64,000 bases of DNA from an uncultured Candidatus Saccharibacteria bacterium (GTDB lineage Bacteria > Patescibacteriota > Minisyncoccia > Phycocordibacterales > JABMNX01): NCBI GenBank assembly GCA_964575755.1, contig CAZNRH010000002.1:6107-70106 (forward strand). The letters run 5' to 3'. The notes beneath the pieces were generated by a model, which worked only from the letters and a program-made list of their open reading frames with translations, had not been told where the DNA came from and did not search any database. The stretch's first letter is position 1; each line of letters starts with the position of its first letter. A program made the translations under genes and the position numbers. This document shows positions 9,742-18,680 of the stretch, in pieces.

Positions 9742-10935
9742 CTACTTGTCGCTATAAAGATATTCCCTGTTATAAAACAGTGAATTTACTATAAGAAAAT
9801 TGTCTGGGACAACGTCTTTACCTAAAGTATACGTTCCATCCTTCTGGTTTTCTGTAAGTGAGTCTACATGAAACATTTCTTTTGTGACAGTGAACTGACT
9901 AAAATCAACCCTTTCTATCATTGAGCGAAACCAGTTTTTATAATTATTATCCACTACAAGAAAGACATCTCGTGGTAATGGGTTTATTTCAGATGAAAGT
10001 TCATCACAAGCTCTACCAAACATTTCAGTCCATTTCTTTTCTGCTTCAAAGAATTCTTCTTTTACTTCTAACTCGTTTCCTGAAGACATAATTTTTATAC
10101 GAGTGAGTATGTCTTCAGGAATACTTTTTGTTTTTTTTGCTACGTCACGCACTATTGTATTTTTACCATATGGGAAAGACAGCATATCCTCTAAAATAGA
10201 ATTGCGAACAACAGCAATCTCTGTTATTTCTCCTGTGACATCTATCAACATGAAATTTTTTGTTGTATTGAACAGGTCTCTGGTTACAGAAAATGCAACG
10301 AGCGTGAAGGATCTGAATACAAGCGGTATGTCTGGGTTAAAAGTGCTGTGCATAATTTCGCTCATCTTTGCATGTAGTGCATTTGAGACTGTACTTTCAA
10401 GAAAGGTTATATTTATACGAGTTACCTCTTTACCAAGTGGCGCTTCTGTTGGGTAGCCGTTTAGTAACGAATTAATAACTTTCTTTTCAATAGTCACTGT
10501 AGATTTTCTTGCTATTTTTTTATCACTCGCGTGAATTTTGGCAAGTAAATCGTCCATAATACGGTTCGTCACCTTAAACTTTTCCTTATTTTCAAAAGAC
10601 ACGTTTGTTGTTTGAGTATTGCTCCATAATGATGAAAGTACACAGACTATCTCTTTCACCGCGATAGATTTTCCATCTTTTGTAAGAAGTCCATTTTTCT
10701 GCAAATCACTTGCTACAGAAGTAAGCACTTCTTCTATTTGTGTCAATAGACGCTTTTCATCAGCAACTTCTTGAAACGGTAGTTGTGTTCTTGTTGAATA
10801 AGAGATATGAGGAACCTTTTTATCGAACGATACTACTGCTCCACCAATACTCGCGCTTTCAATATCAAAAATAATAACAGAATTTTTTGATTCCTTGTTT
10901 CTTAAAAAACTATTCAAATTTCCAAAAAGCTTCAT
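9742..10935 (-). CDS. Actin-fold ATPase of the PilM/FtsA family
   Basis: N-terminal phosphate-1-like VIIFDIESASIGGAVV and phosphate-2-like FMLIDVTGEITEIAVV motifs typical of FtsA/PilM/MreB sugar-kinase/Hsp70/actin fold. Confidence 0.5.
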   Translation of the reverse strand: MKLFGNLNSFLRNKESKNSVIIFDIESASIGGAVVSFDKKVPHISYSTRTQLPFQEVADEKRLLTQIEEVLTSVASDLQKNGLLTKDGKSIAVKEIVCVLSSLWSNTQTTNVSFENKEKFKVTNRIMDDLLAKIHASDKKIARKSTVTIEKKVINSLLNGYPTEAPLGKEVTRINITFLESTVSNALHAKMSEIMHSTFNPDIPLVFRSFTLVAFSVTRDLFNTTKNFMLIDVTGEITEIAVVRNSILEDMLSFPYGKNTIVRDVAKKTKSIPEDILTRIKIMSSGNELEVKEEFFEAEKKWTEMFGRACDELSSEINPLPRDVFLVVDNNYKNWFRSMIERVDFSQFTVTKEMFHVDSLTENQKDGTYTLGKDVVPDNFLIVNSLFYNREYLYSDK

Positions 10936-10996
10936 TGGTAAATATTATAACAGTAATTAAAGTTTAATTTTCTTTCCTTTTGTAAAAACAAATTCT

Positions 10997-11023
10997 TTTT
11001 TACTCCAGTATACTGGAGTAAAA
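10997..11023 (-). terminator. Rho-independent terminator after alaS (TTTTTACTCCAG-TATA-CTGGAGTAAAA)
   Basis: Perfect 11-12 bp stem with A/T runs on both sides, 16 nt downstream of the alaS stop. Confidence 0.5.
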
Positions 11024-11038
11024 CCTAACACCTGTAAG

Positions 11039-12895
11039 CTACGTAAGTGTTGCCCGTATCCTCCTTACTCCAGCCGATATAGATTTCTCTTTCATAATTT
11101 TAAAATGACCAAGTTGGTTTGTATTAGTCACATGAGGACCACCACAGAACTCCATATTGAAGTCCCCTATCTTGTAAACTTTCACCACGTCGCCATATTT
11201 CCCCCCGAATACTCCAATAGCTCCAAGCTTTTTTGCCTCCTCAAGAGGAAGTTCTTCGTTGGTCACAGTTAGAGTTGCTTGTATTTGTTCGTTTACAATA
11301 TCCTCTACTTTTTGTTTTTCTTCGTCTGTCATTTTTCTCTCAAATGAAAAGTCGAAACGCATACGCTCTGGAGTAATATTGCTTCCCTTCTGTGTAATAC
11401 CACTACCTAGAACATTTATAAGAGCTTGATTAAGAAGGTGTGTTGCTGTGTGATACTTAATACTCATCTCTCCATGATCCACGAGGCCACCTTTAAACTT
11501 TTGTTCTGAGCCAGAGCGAGAAAGTTCTTGGTGATTTTTCATTTCCTCTTTAAATCCTTTTTCATCTACTTTTATTCCTTTTTCCTCAGCAAGCTCTTCT
11601 GTTAACTCATATGGAAAACCATATGTCGTAAATAAAATAAAAGCATCATGACCAGAAATATCAGTACCACTTAACTTCTTAAACTCTTTCATTCCTTTTT
11701 CAAGAGTCTTTCTAAATTGACCTTCTTCGTTAGCAATAATCTCACATGGTTCATTGATTAGTTTAGGCTCTGTGAAATAATTAGCATAACCGTCTAAATA
11801 TTGACATTCAATATTAGAAGCCAAGCTAGATATTTTATTTATTCCTAAAGAATCCGCATATCTTATGGCACGGCGAAGTAATCTTCGTAACACATATCCT
11901 TGATCTGTGTTTGACGGAGTTACTCCGTCAGCTATCAAGAATGTTGCAGATCTTAAATGGTCTGCCAAAATACGTAAAGCAACCTTTTTATCTTCGTTAG
12001 TGTATGAAACAAAATGCTCATCTTCAATTCTATCAAACAAACACTTAAACACATCAATATTAAACATGTCGGAATCGTCATTAGAGGCTGCTGTTATTCG
12101 CTCTAGTCCGCCGCCAAAATCGACATTCTTTTGTGGGAGTTGCTCAAAGCTCCCGTCTTCTTTCTTTAAGTATTCCATAAAGACATTATTCCCTATTTCC
12201 ATGAATCGTCCACAGTCACAGTTTGGGTGGCAGTGTTCGCCATAGCTTTTATTATGCTCAGTTCCAAAATCGTAAAATATCTCTGAGTCAGGACCACCTG
12301 GTTCTCCTACGGGCATATTATCAGGGACGCCAGAGCGACTCCACCAGTTTTTCTTTGAGTCGTAGTAAAAAATACGCTCACCACCTTTCATGCCTTTTTT
12401 ATATCCATCCTCTTCAGAACCTATTTCTACATCAGTTGTATCAATACCCTTTTCTTTAAAAAGACGCTTCCAGATTTCTACTGATTCAGTATCTTTAGGT
12501 ATACCAAGATCCTTATCCCCTATAAAAGTAGTGACATAAAGCTTGTTTGGATCTAGTTTTATTTCTTTAGTCAGAAATTCAAAAACCCAAGAAAGTTGCT
12601 CTTCTTTAAAATAGTCTCCTAAAGACCAATTACCAAGCATCTCGAAAAAAGTGGTATGACGATTATCCCCGACTTCTTCTATGTCTTCAGCTCGAAAACA
12701 TTTCTGTGAGTCTACAAGACGCGTTCCTGTAGGATGCTTTTCTCCAAGTAAGTATGGAAGTAGCGGTTGCATACCAGAGCCAACAAAAAGTGTGGTAGGG
12801 TCATTCTCTGGGCGCAGAGAAGCAGATGGGATTATTGCATGCCCTCTTTCTTTAAAAAACTTAAAATATTTTTCTCTAACTTCAGAAGTATTCAT
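11039..12895 (-). CDS. alaS: Alanine--tRNA ligase, short form lacking the C-terminal C-Ala domain
   Basis: Class II aaRS catalytic core (FKERGHAIIPSASL, GDYFK), editing-domain HxxxH (HTATHLLNQAL) and CGGPHV motifs; 618 aa vs about 870 aa typical. Confidence 0.9.
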   Translation of the reverse strand: MNTSEVREKYFKFFKERGHAIIPSASLRPENDPTTLFVGSGMQPLLPYLLGEKHPTGTRLVDSQKCFRAEDIEEVGDNRHTTFFEMLGNWSLGDYFKEEQLSWVFEFLTKEIKLDPNKLYVTTFIGDKDLGIPKDTESVEIWKRLFKEKGIDTTDVEIGSEEDGYKKGMKGGERIFYYDSKKNWWSRSGVPDNMPVGEPGGPDSEIFYDFGTEHNKSYGEHCHPNCDCGRFMEIGNNVFMEYLKKEDGSFEQLPQKNVDFGGGLERITAASNDDSDMFNIDVFKCLFDRIEDEHFVSYTNEDKKVALRILADHLRSATFLIADGVTPSNTDQGYVLRRLLRRAIRYADSLGINKISSLASNIECQYLDGYANYFTEPKLINEPCEIIANEEGQFRKTLEKGMKEFKKLSGTDISGHDAFILFTTYGFPYELTEELAEEKGIKVDEKGFKEEMKNHQELSRSGSEQKFKGGLVDHGEMSIKYHTATHLLNQALINVLGSGITQKGSNITPERMRFDFSFERKMTDEEKQKVEDIVNEQIQATLTVTNEELPLEEAKKLGAIGVFGGKYGDVVKVYKIGDFNMEFCGGPHVTNTNQLGHFKIMKEKSISAGVRRIRATLT

Positions 12896-13097
12896 AGAAC
12901 CTTATCTCTAGCAAATATCCAGTAACCATAAAGATAATTCCAAGAATTGCAAGATATTTTTCAAAGCGCATCTCACTTAACACAGCATCGTCTATTTTAT
13001 GCCCCGTAACAATCTTAGAATGAACCTTGATTACAGTGATACCGAGAATAACCTTCCCTATCACCCCAGATGTAATTCCCCAAAAAAGTAAATCCAT
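12882..13097 (-). CDS. Small two-helix membrane protein
   Basis: 71-aa ORF with two hydrophobic segments; 14-nt overlap with the alaS start. Confidence 0.3.
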   Translation of the reverse strand: MDLLFWGITSGVIGKVILGITVIKVHSKIVTGHKIDDAVLSEMRFEKYLAILGIIFMVTGYLLEIRFYEYF

Positions 13098-13141
13098 AAT
13101 ACGTATTAGTATACCCGTGTACAGTCATTTATGCTATTATT

Positions 13142-14410
13142 TTGTTTATGAAATTACACTCAAAAATATTAAAAAATGGACTCACTATTCAGATAATAGA
13201 AATGCCTGGCACTAACGTAGTTACTTCTATGATTCTGGTAGGCGCTGGCTCTAGAAATGAGGATAAAAAAATAAGTGGAATTGCTCATTTTCTGGAACAT
13301 ATGTTTTTCAAAGGAGGTGAGAAGTATAAAACTCCTAAAGAAGTATCTTCTACTATAGATAGTCTAGGAGCTGAGTTTAATGCTTTTACGTCTCAAGAAG
13401 TTGTTGGGTACTACGTCAAATCGGCAAAGCAACATGTTAATACTTCTCTAGATGTACTTAGCGATATGTTAACAAAGGCGCAATTTCCAAAAGAAGAAAT
13501 AGAAAAAGAGCGTGGAGTTATACTTGAAGAAATAGCTATGTATTTAGACTTACCTATGAGGCAAATAGGCTCCGATTTCACTTCGGTATTGTTTGGAGAT
13601 CAATCGCTTGGCTGGGAGATATTAGGTTCTCCTGATGTGATAAAATCGGTCACACAGAAAGATTTCTTTGATTATAAAGATGCACTGTACGTTCCTGAAA
13701 ATATTGTAATTACTTTAGCTGGTTCGGTGACAGAAAAAGACATCGATCGTGTAGAGAAATACTTTACATTTAAAGATGGTAAAAAGACGTATAAACAAAT
13801 ACCTTTTGATTCACAAATACCAGAAAAAAAATTTAATATTAGAGAGAAATCAACTGAACAGTATCATATTAGTCTCGGAGTGCTTGGATTGTCTGAAGAC
13901 GACAAAAGATATCCTATTCAAGAACTACTTTCTACAATTCTAGGAGGAAATATGTCATCTCGTATGTTTCAAAACGTACGCGAAGAGAAAGGTTTATGTT
14001 ACTCAATTCGTACATCTTCAACAGGTTTTTTTGATATAGGAAGATTTACAACAAGAGCAGGAGTAAAGCTAAATAAAGTCTTAGATGCAGTTAATGCAAT
14101 AAGAACAGAATACGATTTAATTGCTAAAGATGGAATAGGTGATGAAGAATTATCAAAAGCAAAATCTTTTCTTGGTGGGAGGATAGACTTAGGCACAGAG
14201 GACACAGAAGAAGTTGCTTTTTATTATGGAGAAAATACTCTTATGCACGGAACTCAAGAATCTCATGAAATAAAAAAACAAAAAATAGATAAAATAACAA
14301 AGGAAGAAGTTAACGCTCTAGCAAAAGAATTATTGCAACCAGAAAGATACCGTTTTGCTGGTATTGGACCAAAGATGGATGAAGAAAAACTCCTTAAACT
14401 AATTTCTTAG
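13142..14410 (+). CDS. M16 family zinc peptidase (insulinase/pitrilysin-like)
   Basis: Inverted zincin motif HFLEHMFFKG plus downstream Glu; two-domain M16 size. Confidence 0.8.
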   Translation: MFMKLHSKILKNGLTIQIIEMPGTNVVTSMILVGAGSRNEDKKISGIAHFLEHMFFKGGEKYKTPKEVSSTIDSLGAEFNAFTSQEVVGYYVKSAKQHVNTSLDVLSDMLTKAQFPKEEIEKERGVILEEIAMYLDLPMRQIGSDFTSVLFGDQSLGWEILGSPDVIKSVTQKDFFDYKDALYVPENIVITLAGSVTEKDIDRVEKYFTFKDGKKTYKQIPFDSQIPEKKFNIREKSTEQYHISLGVLGLSEDDKRYPIQELLSTILGGNMSSRMFQNVREEKGLCYSIRTSSTGFFDIGRFTTRAGVKLNKVLDAVNAIRTEYDLIAKDGIGDEELSKAKSFLGGRIDLGTEDTEEVAFYYGENTLMHGTQESHEIKKQKIDKITKEEVNALAKELLQPERYRFAGIGPKMDEEKLLKLIS

Positions 14411-14416
14411 TAAAAT

Positions 14417-14932
14417 CTATTTAAGAGTTATAAGTATTGCACCGCCTGTCATAAGGAGTGCTCCGAGTATTACCTTAATACCAAATCCTTCACCTAGGAA
14501 AACTGCTGCGAGTAATACTACAAACACAACACTTAACCTATCAATAGCTACCACTTGGGATGCAAAATCTAACTTAAGAGCGTAAAAATAAAATAGCCAA
14601 GATAGCGCTCCAGCTATACCAGCAAGAGCAATCAGAAGCCACTCTTTAGAACCCAAGCTTGTTATAGAGAATCCATCAAACTTATTAAGGAAAAAACTCA
14701 CTATAAGCAAGAAACCAGCCATTATAAGGGCACGTATTGTTGTTGCTAAAGTAGAATCTAGTTCCTCAAGTCCTAGTTTTGCAAAGATAGCTACGAGGGC
14801 TGCCATTATTGCTGAAAGGAATGCATATATTAACCACATAATATTAGTATGTACACCCTCGACGCGTCTCTTCGTTGCTTCGAAAAAAATATCATTCGCC
14901 ATAAGTATAATATGGCTTTTTCTATTTTTCAC
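14417..14932 (-). CDS. EamA/DMT superfamily small membrane transporter (start uncertain)
   Basis: 4-5 TM helices with the Gly/Ala-rich pattern of EamA domains; N-terminal 30 aa may be spurious. Confidence 0.45.
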   Translation of the reverse strand: MKNRKSHIILMANDIFFEATKRRVEGVHTNIMWLIYAFLSAIMAALVAIFAKLGLEELDSTLATTIRALIMAGFLLIVSFFLNKFDGFSITSLGSKEWLLIALAGIAGALSWLFYFYALKLDFASQVVAIDRLSVVFVVLLAAVFLGEGFGIKVILGALLMTGGAILITLK

Positions 14933-14965
14933 TTACGCCTCGAACTGCATTCAAGTGAGTACATT

Positions 14966-15547
14966 CTAAGTATACACTTTCTCTAAAAAAGTTTTGTATG
15001 TAAGGAATACCTCTTGTAGATGTCTAGATAACTCATGATCTTCCCCTAGGCGTTTTACAATAGCTTCTACTACCCCACCATAGAAATGTATTCTGTCTTC
15101 TGACTTAAAATCTTTTTTAAATTCTTCTGTGCTGTTTTTATAACCGTTTATTATCGAGCTGAAATTATGTATCTTATCTGCAGCAGAGACATAAAGAGAT
15201 TCTTCTGGACCAATTTCAAGTCCTTGTATATATTCCCTCTTTCTATCCGCCCAATCTAGTTTCTCACCATCTTTAGTTTTTTGCTCTGTTACTCCTAGGA
15301 CGATCTCTTTTACTCGTGAACCAAAATCTCTTTCAAGCTCATCTTCGGTATAATCAGTATCTTCAAGAGTGTCATGAAGTAATCCTGCTATAAGCACGTC
15401 TTCGTCTTTTGTATATTCAATTAAAATAATAAATACGGAAAATAAATGTGTTACGTACGGCAATCTTTCAAAGCCTTTTCGTGTTTGCTTTTTGTGTAGC
15501 ATAGACGCTTTACGTATAGCTTTTTCTATCTTGGGTGTGTAGATCAT
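14966..15547 (-). CDS. HD-domain (p)ppGpp hydrolase-like small alarmone hydrolase
   Basis: RelA/SpoT-type HD motif LLHDTLEDT and upstream His (THLFSVF); 193 aa, no synthetase domain. Confidence 0.7.
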   Translation of the reverse strand: MIYTPKIEKAIRKASMLHKKQTRKGFERLPYVTHLFSVFIILIEYTKDEDVLIAGLLHDTLEDTDYTEDELERDFGSRVKEIVLGVTEQKTKDGEKLDWADRKREYIQGLEIGPEESLYVSAADKIHNFSSIINGYKNSTEEFKKDFKSEDRIHFYGGVVEAIVKRLGEDHELSRHLQEVFLTYKTFLEKVYT

Positions 15548-15610
15548 ATATTTTTTATAATTACTATTGCATGATAGCAGATTACATTTTCTGTTGCTAC
15601 ACTGTATTTA

Positions 15611-16288
15611 ATGCCAGATTCACACGATATTCATTTGCCAATAGAGTGGAAAAATCTTTTACATGAAGAGTTTAATAAGATATATTTCAAAAGTCTCGCA
15701 CTTAAAGTACGAAGTGAATACACTTCTCAAATAATTTTTCCACCACCAAAACAAATCTTTCGAGCGTTTGAATTATGTTCCCTTGAAGACCTTCGCGTTG
15801 TAATTTTAGGACAAGATCCATACCATACACCTGGAGTTGCTGATGGGCTTGCATTTTCAACGACTTCCCAAAAGAAAATACCACCATCTCTTCAAAATAT
15901 ATTTAAAGAATTAGAGTTAGAATATGGAGAAATTAATATAGACCCAGATCTTACAAGGTGGGCTCAACAAGGGGTCTTACTACTAAACGCTTCTCTTTCA
16001 GTGCGTAGTGGTGAAGCTAACTCACATGCCAGCCATGGTTGGCATACGTTCACTGACGCTGTAATATCAACTATTTCAAAACATAACACACATATAGTAT
16101 TTATGTTGTGGGGGGCTTTCGCTCAAAAAAAATCAGAGCTTATAGATGAAACCAAGCATCTTATTCTTACATCAGTACACCCTTCCCCGCTCTCAGCTCA
16201 TCGAGGGTTCTTTGGTAACAATCACTTTAAAAAAGCTAACGAGTACTTGAATGAAAATAGGCGCAAAGAAATAGACTGGTGCTCCTAA
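15611..16288 (+). CDS. ung: Uracil-DNA glycosylase family 1
   Basis: Water-activating GQDPYH motif, LLLN, HPSPLS loop. Confidence 0.9.
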   Translation: MPDSHDIHLPIEWKNLLHEEFNKIYFKSLALKVRSEYTSQIIFPPPKQIFRAFELCSLEDLRVVILGQDPYHTPGVADGLAFSTTSQKKIPPSLQNIFKELELEYGEINIDPDLTRWAQQGVLLLNASLSVRSGEANSHASHGWHTFTDAVISTISKHNTHIVFMLWGAFAQKKSELIDETKHLILTSVHPSPLSAHRGFFGNNHFKKANEYLNENRRKEIDWCS

Positions 16289-16530
16289 ATAACACCTTCT
16301 TTTTTTAACTTTTTATACTTTAATTGAGTACCTCTGTTGTATTCTCCAAGTGTGCCATCTGACTTTATTACTCTATGACATGGTACAGAGCTATCATGAT
16401 TTCCTTTCATAATACTACCAACTATGCGGTATGCATGTGGCGAACCCGCCTTTTCTGCCACTTCTTTATACGAAAGAGTCTTCCCTCTTGGTATGTTTTT
16501 CACTACTTCTAATACTTTTTCTTTAAACAT
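16285..16530 (-). CDS. ogt: Methylated-DNA--protein-cysteine methyltransferase, C-terminal DNA-binding/active-site domain only
   Basis: PCHRV active-site motif (SSVPCHRVIKSDGTLGEY) in an 81-aa protein. Confidence 0.8.
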   Translation of the reverse strand: MFKEKVLEVVKNIPRGKTLSYKEVAEKAGSPHAYRIVGSIMKGNHDSSVPCHRVIKSDGTLGEYNRGTQLKYKKLKKEGVI

Positions 16531-16536
16531 GAGTGA

Positions 16537-17376
16537 TTAAAATAATGTGTCTGTCTTAACTTCTTCTTTTGATTCTCCTACTTTTTCTTTTTTAAGCTTC
16601 TCAGGTTTCTTAATTTTAGACGCATGTATTGCTTGTAATTTTTTGCCAGAAACTTCTCTGTATGGGCAGTATTCACAGTCGTCTCCTACTTTAGGGATTG
16701 AGCCTGACTTTAAACACCCTTTAATGTTCTGTAAGACTGATTCGATCCAAGTATCTTTCCCTAGATATGGTAGTACTTTTATATCAAATTCTAGTTTATT
16801 ATCAAAAGCGCCAACGTCCGTCTTAGCGTTCACGTAGACAAAATACCCTGTGTCAGAGACCTTGAATCCATTTTGTCGAAAGAGCCACTGATATATTTCC
16901 ATTTGCCGCTTATATCCATCTTGCCAGTCTGCGTCTAAACTCACTTCACCATCTTTACTTGTTGCTTTGTAGTCGACAATAATAAGCTCTCCATTTGTAG
17001 TGACCCATATATCATCTATTGCGCCTGAAACAACAAGTCCTGTTTCTTTATGTAGACAATCGATACCTTCAAAGTTTTCCCGCCATTTGTCAATATCTTT
17101 ATGCTGATATGGCACAGCGTCAACACCAAACTCGGTCATTATTGGATGCGGAGTCTTGTTTGCGCGATGAATATCGAACTCTTTCTTTAAAAGTGTATCG
17201 ACAGCAATGTTGAGGTTGAGTGGGTATCCAGGAGGGCGTTTGGTCCCAAGCTTGTTGTCTAGGTAGAAACATCGAGGACACGACATGAATAATTCTATTT
17301 TAGAGCGAGAAAGGCGCCATTTTTTGCCACCATAATTCCATTCTGCTCTCCTGTTTGGATTGTAGTAACCTGCCAT
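16537..17376 (-). CDS. Cas4/RecB-like PD-(D/E)xK exonuclease with 4-Cys Fe-S cluster (DUF83-like), stand-alone
   Basis: N-terminal CPRC and C-terminal CEYCPY cysteines, motif II Asp (AIDDIW), motif III IVDYK, QxxxY motif (QMEIY). Confidence 0.65.
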   Translation of the reverse strand: MAGYYNPNRRAEWNYGGKKWRLSRSKIELFMSCPRCFYLDNKLGTKRPPGYPLNLNIAVDTLLKKEFDIHRANKTPHPIMTEFGVDAVPYQHKDIDKWRENFEGIDCLHKETGLVVSGAIDDIWVTTNGELIIVDYKATSKDGEVSLDADWQDGYKRQMEIYQWLFRQNGFKVSDTGYFVYVNAKTDVGAFDNKLEFDIKVLPYLGKDTWIESVLQNIKGCLKSGSIPKVGDDCEYCPYREVSGKKLQAIHASKIKKPEKLKKEKVGESKEEVKTDTLF

Positions 17377-17405
17377 ATGGAATATTGTAACATAGCTAAT
17401 AAAAT

Positions 17406-17431
17406 AAATGCCCCAAGCATATGGGGCATTT
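17406..17431 (-). terminator. Hairpin terminator after mgtC (AAATGCCCCA-agcata-TGGGGCATTT)
   Basis: 10-bp perfect stem with flanking A/T runs; stem sequence related to the palindromes at 36982-37032 and 50082-50129. Confidence 0.5.
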
Positions 17432-17466
17432 ATTCTTAGTTAACTGAATTGTCTGGGACTCGATCC

Positions 17467-17976
17467 TTATTTAATGGGCTCTCCAGATTGTTTATCTTTC
17501 ACAACTTTGACACGACTTCTTTTATCAAAAAATGCATCAAGCTTAGTCTCAACAAACCACAGTACAGTAAACACAAGTAGTGTAAGAATTGTTGTAAATA
17601 TTGCTATTGCGTACAGGCTATACCCTACTGCAACTCCTATTCCTGCTGACACCCAGAGTCCTGCAGCAGTTGTTAAACCTTGGAGTGAGTTTTCTTTAAA
17701 GATTATAATACCAGCTCCCAGAAAACCTATACCTGTAATAATCCCCGCAACAACACGCATGGGGTCAAATGAAACCAGTCCAATATATCCAGACGTTACT
17801 TGAATTGAGACTATGGAGAATAAGCATGCACCAAGTGCAACAAGTGCGTATGTGCGTGTTCCTGCTCTTTTGTCAGCGACAACAGAGCGTTCCGTCCCTA
17901 GGATCATACCAAGAAAAACAGCTAAAAGAAGCTGTAAGAATATTACAAATGTTGAATTAAAGAAAATTGGTTCCAT
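17467..17976 (-). CDS. mgtC: MgtC/SapB family membrane protein
   Basis: MgtC N-terminal signature LGTERSVVADKRAGTRTYALVALGA and 4-5 TM helices. Confidence 0.8.
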   Translation of the reverse strand: MEPIFFNSTFVIFLQLLLAVFLGMILGTERSVVADKRAGTRTYALVALGACLFSIVSIQVTSGYIGLVSFDPMRVVAGIITGIGFLGAGIIIFKENSLQGLTTAAGLWVSAGIGVAVGYSLYAIAIFTTILTLLVFTVLWFVETKLDAFFDKRSRVKVVKDKQSGEPIK

Positions 17977-18127
17977 ATAATTTAATATATTTTAATGATT
18001 AGAACTTACACACTTGGATGCGGTTCGAGGCGCAAGGCAAAAATTAAGTGAAGTGTGTCTGTGCCATACAGTGAACGATATTTTTGACGATATAACGAAG
18101 AAATGCGCCAAGTGCGTAAGTTTTAAA

Positions 18128-18679
18128 TTACTCTACTATAAATGTAGTCAGGATGGGCTGGTTGCCATTTTGTAAGAACGGGAAGTCTGTTTCAAGACTA
18201 AACACTTTATCTCCGTTATCCCGATATAATATAGCTCTATAAGTTATACCAACTTCGGTTGTTCTTAACAATTCTACGTTTCCACTATGTTCTCCTTTGT
18301 CGAATCGTGCTGCACCAAGAGCATTACCTATATGACTTGCTGTTCCCTCATGGATTACAAGCCATCCATCTTCTTCAAATACAGCTTTTTCTACTACAAC
18401 AGACATACCTGCGAGTTGGTTGCGGACTATAATTGCGTCATTGCGTAGCTGTGCTTCCACTGTATTAAGTTCTTGAACAGATGTAGTTAAGTCTTTTTTA
18501 TCTATTTCGCTAACAACTACTTCCACTTGTTCTTTATCTGAAAGAGCATCTTGGGTTGCTGTCCACATCCATACAAAAAAAGCTCCAACAACTACCCCAA
18601 TTAAAAACACTCCAAAAAGTTTTATATTAAAATTTCGTGATTCAGTATTCATATGTGTATATTTACTAATATGCTCCAT
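18128..18679 (-). CDS. Hypothetical membrane-anchored protein
   Basis: One N-terminal TM helix then a soluble domain; no recognisable motif. Confidence 0.4.
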   Translation of the reverse strand: MEHISKYTHMNTESRNFNIKLFGVFLIGVVVGAFFVWMWTATQDALSDKEQVEVVVSEIDKKDLTTSVQELNTVEAQLRNDAIIVRNQLAGMSVVVEKAVFEEDGWLVIHEGTASHIGNALGAARFDKGEHSGNVELLRTTEVGITYRAILYRDNGDKVFSLETDFPFLQNGNQPILTTFIVE

Positions 18680-18680
18680 T

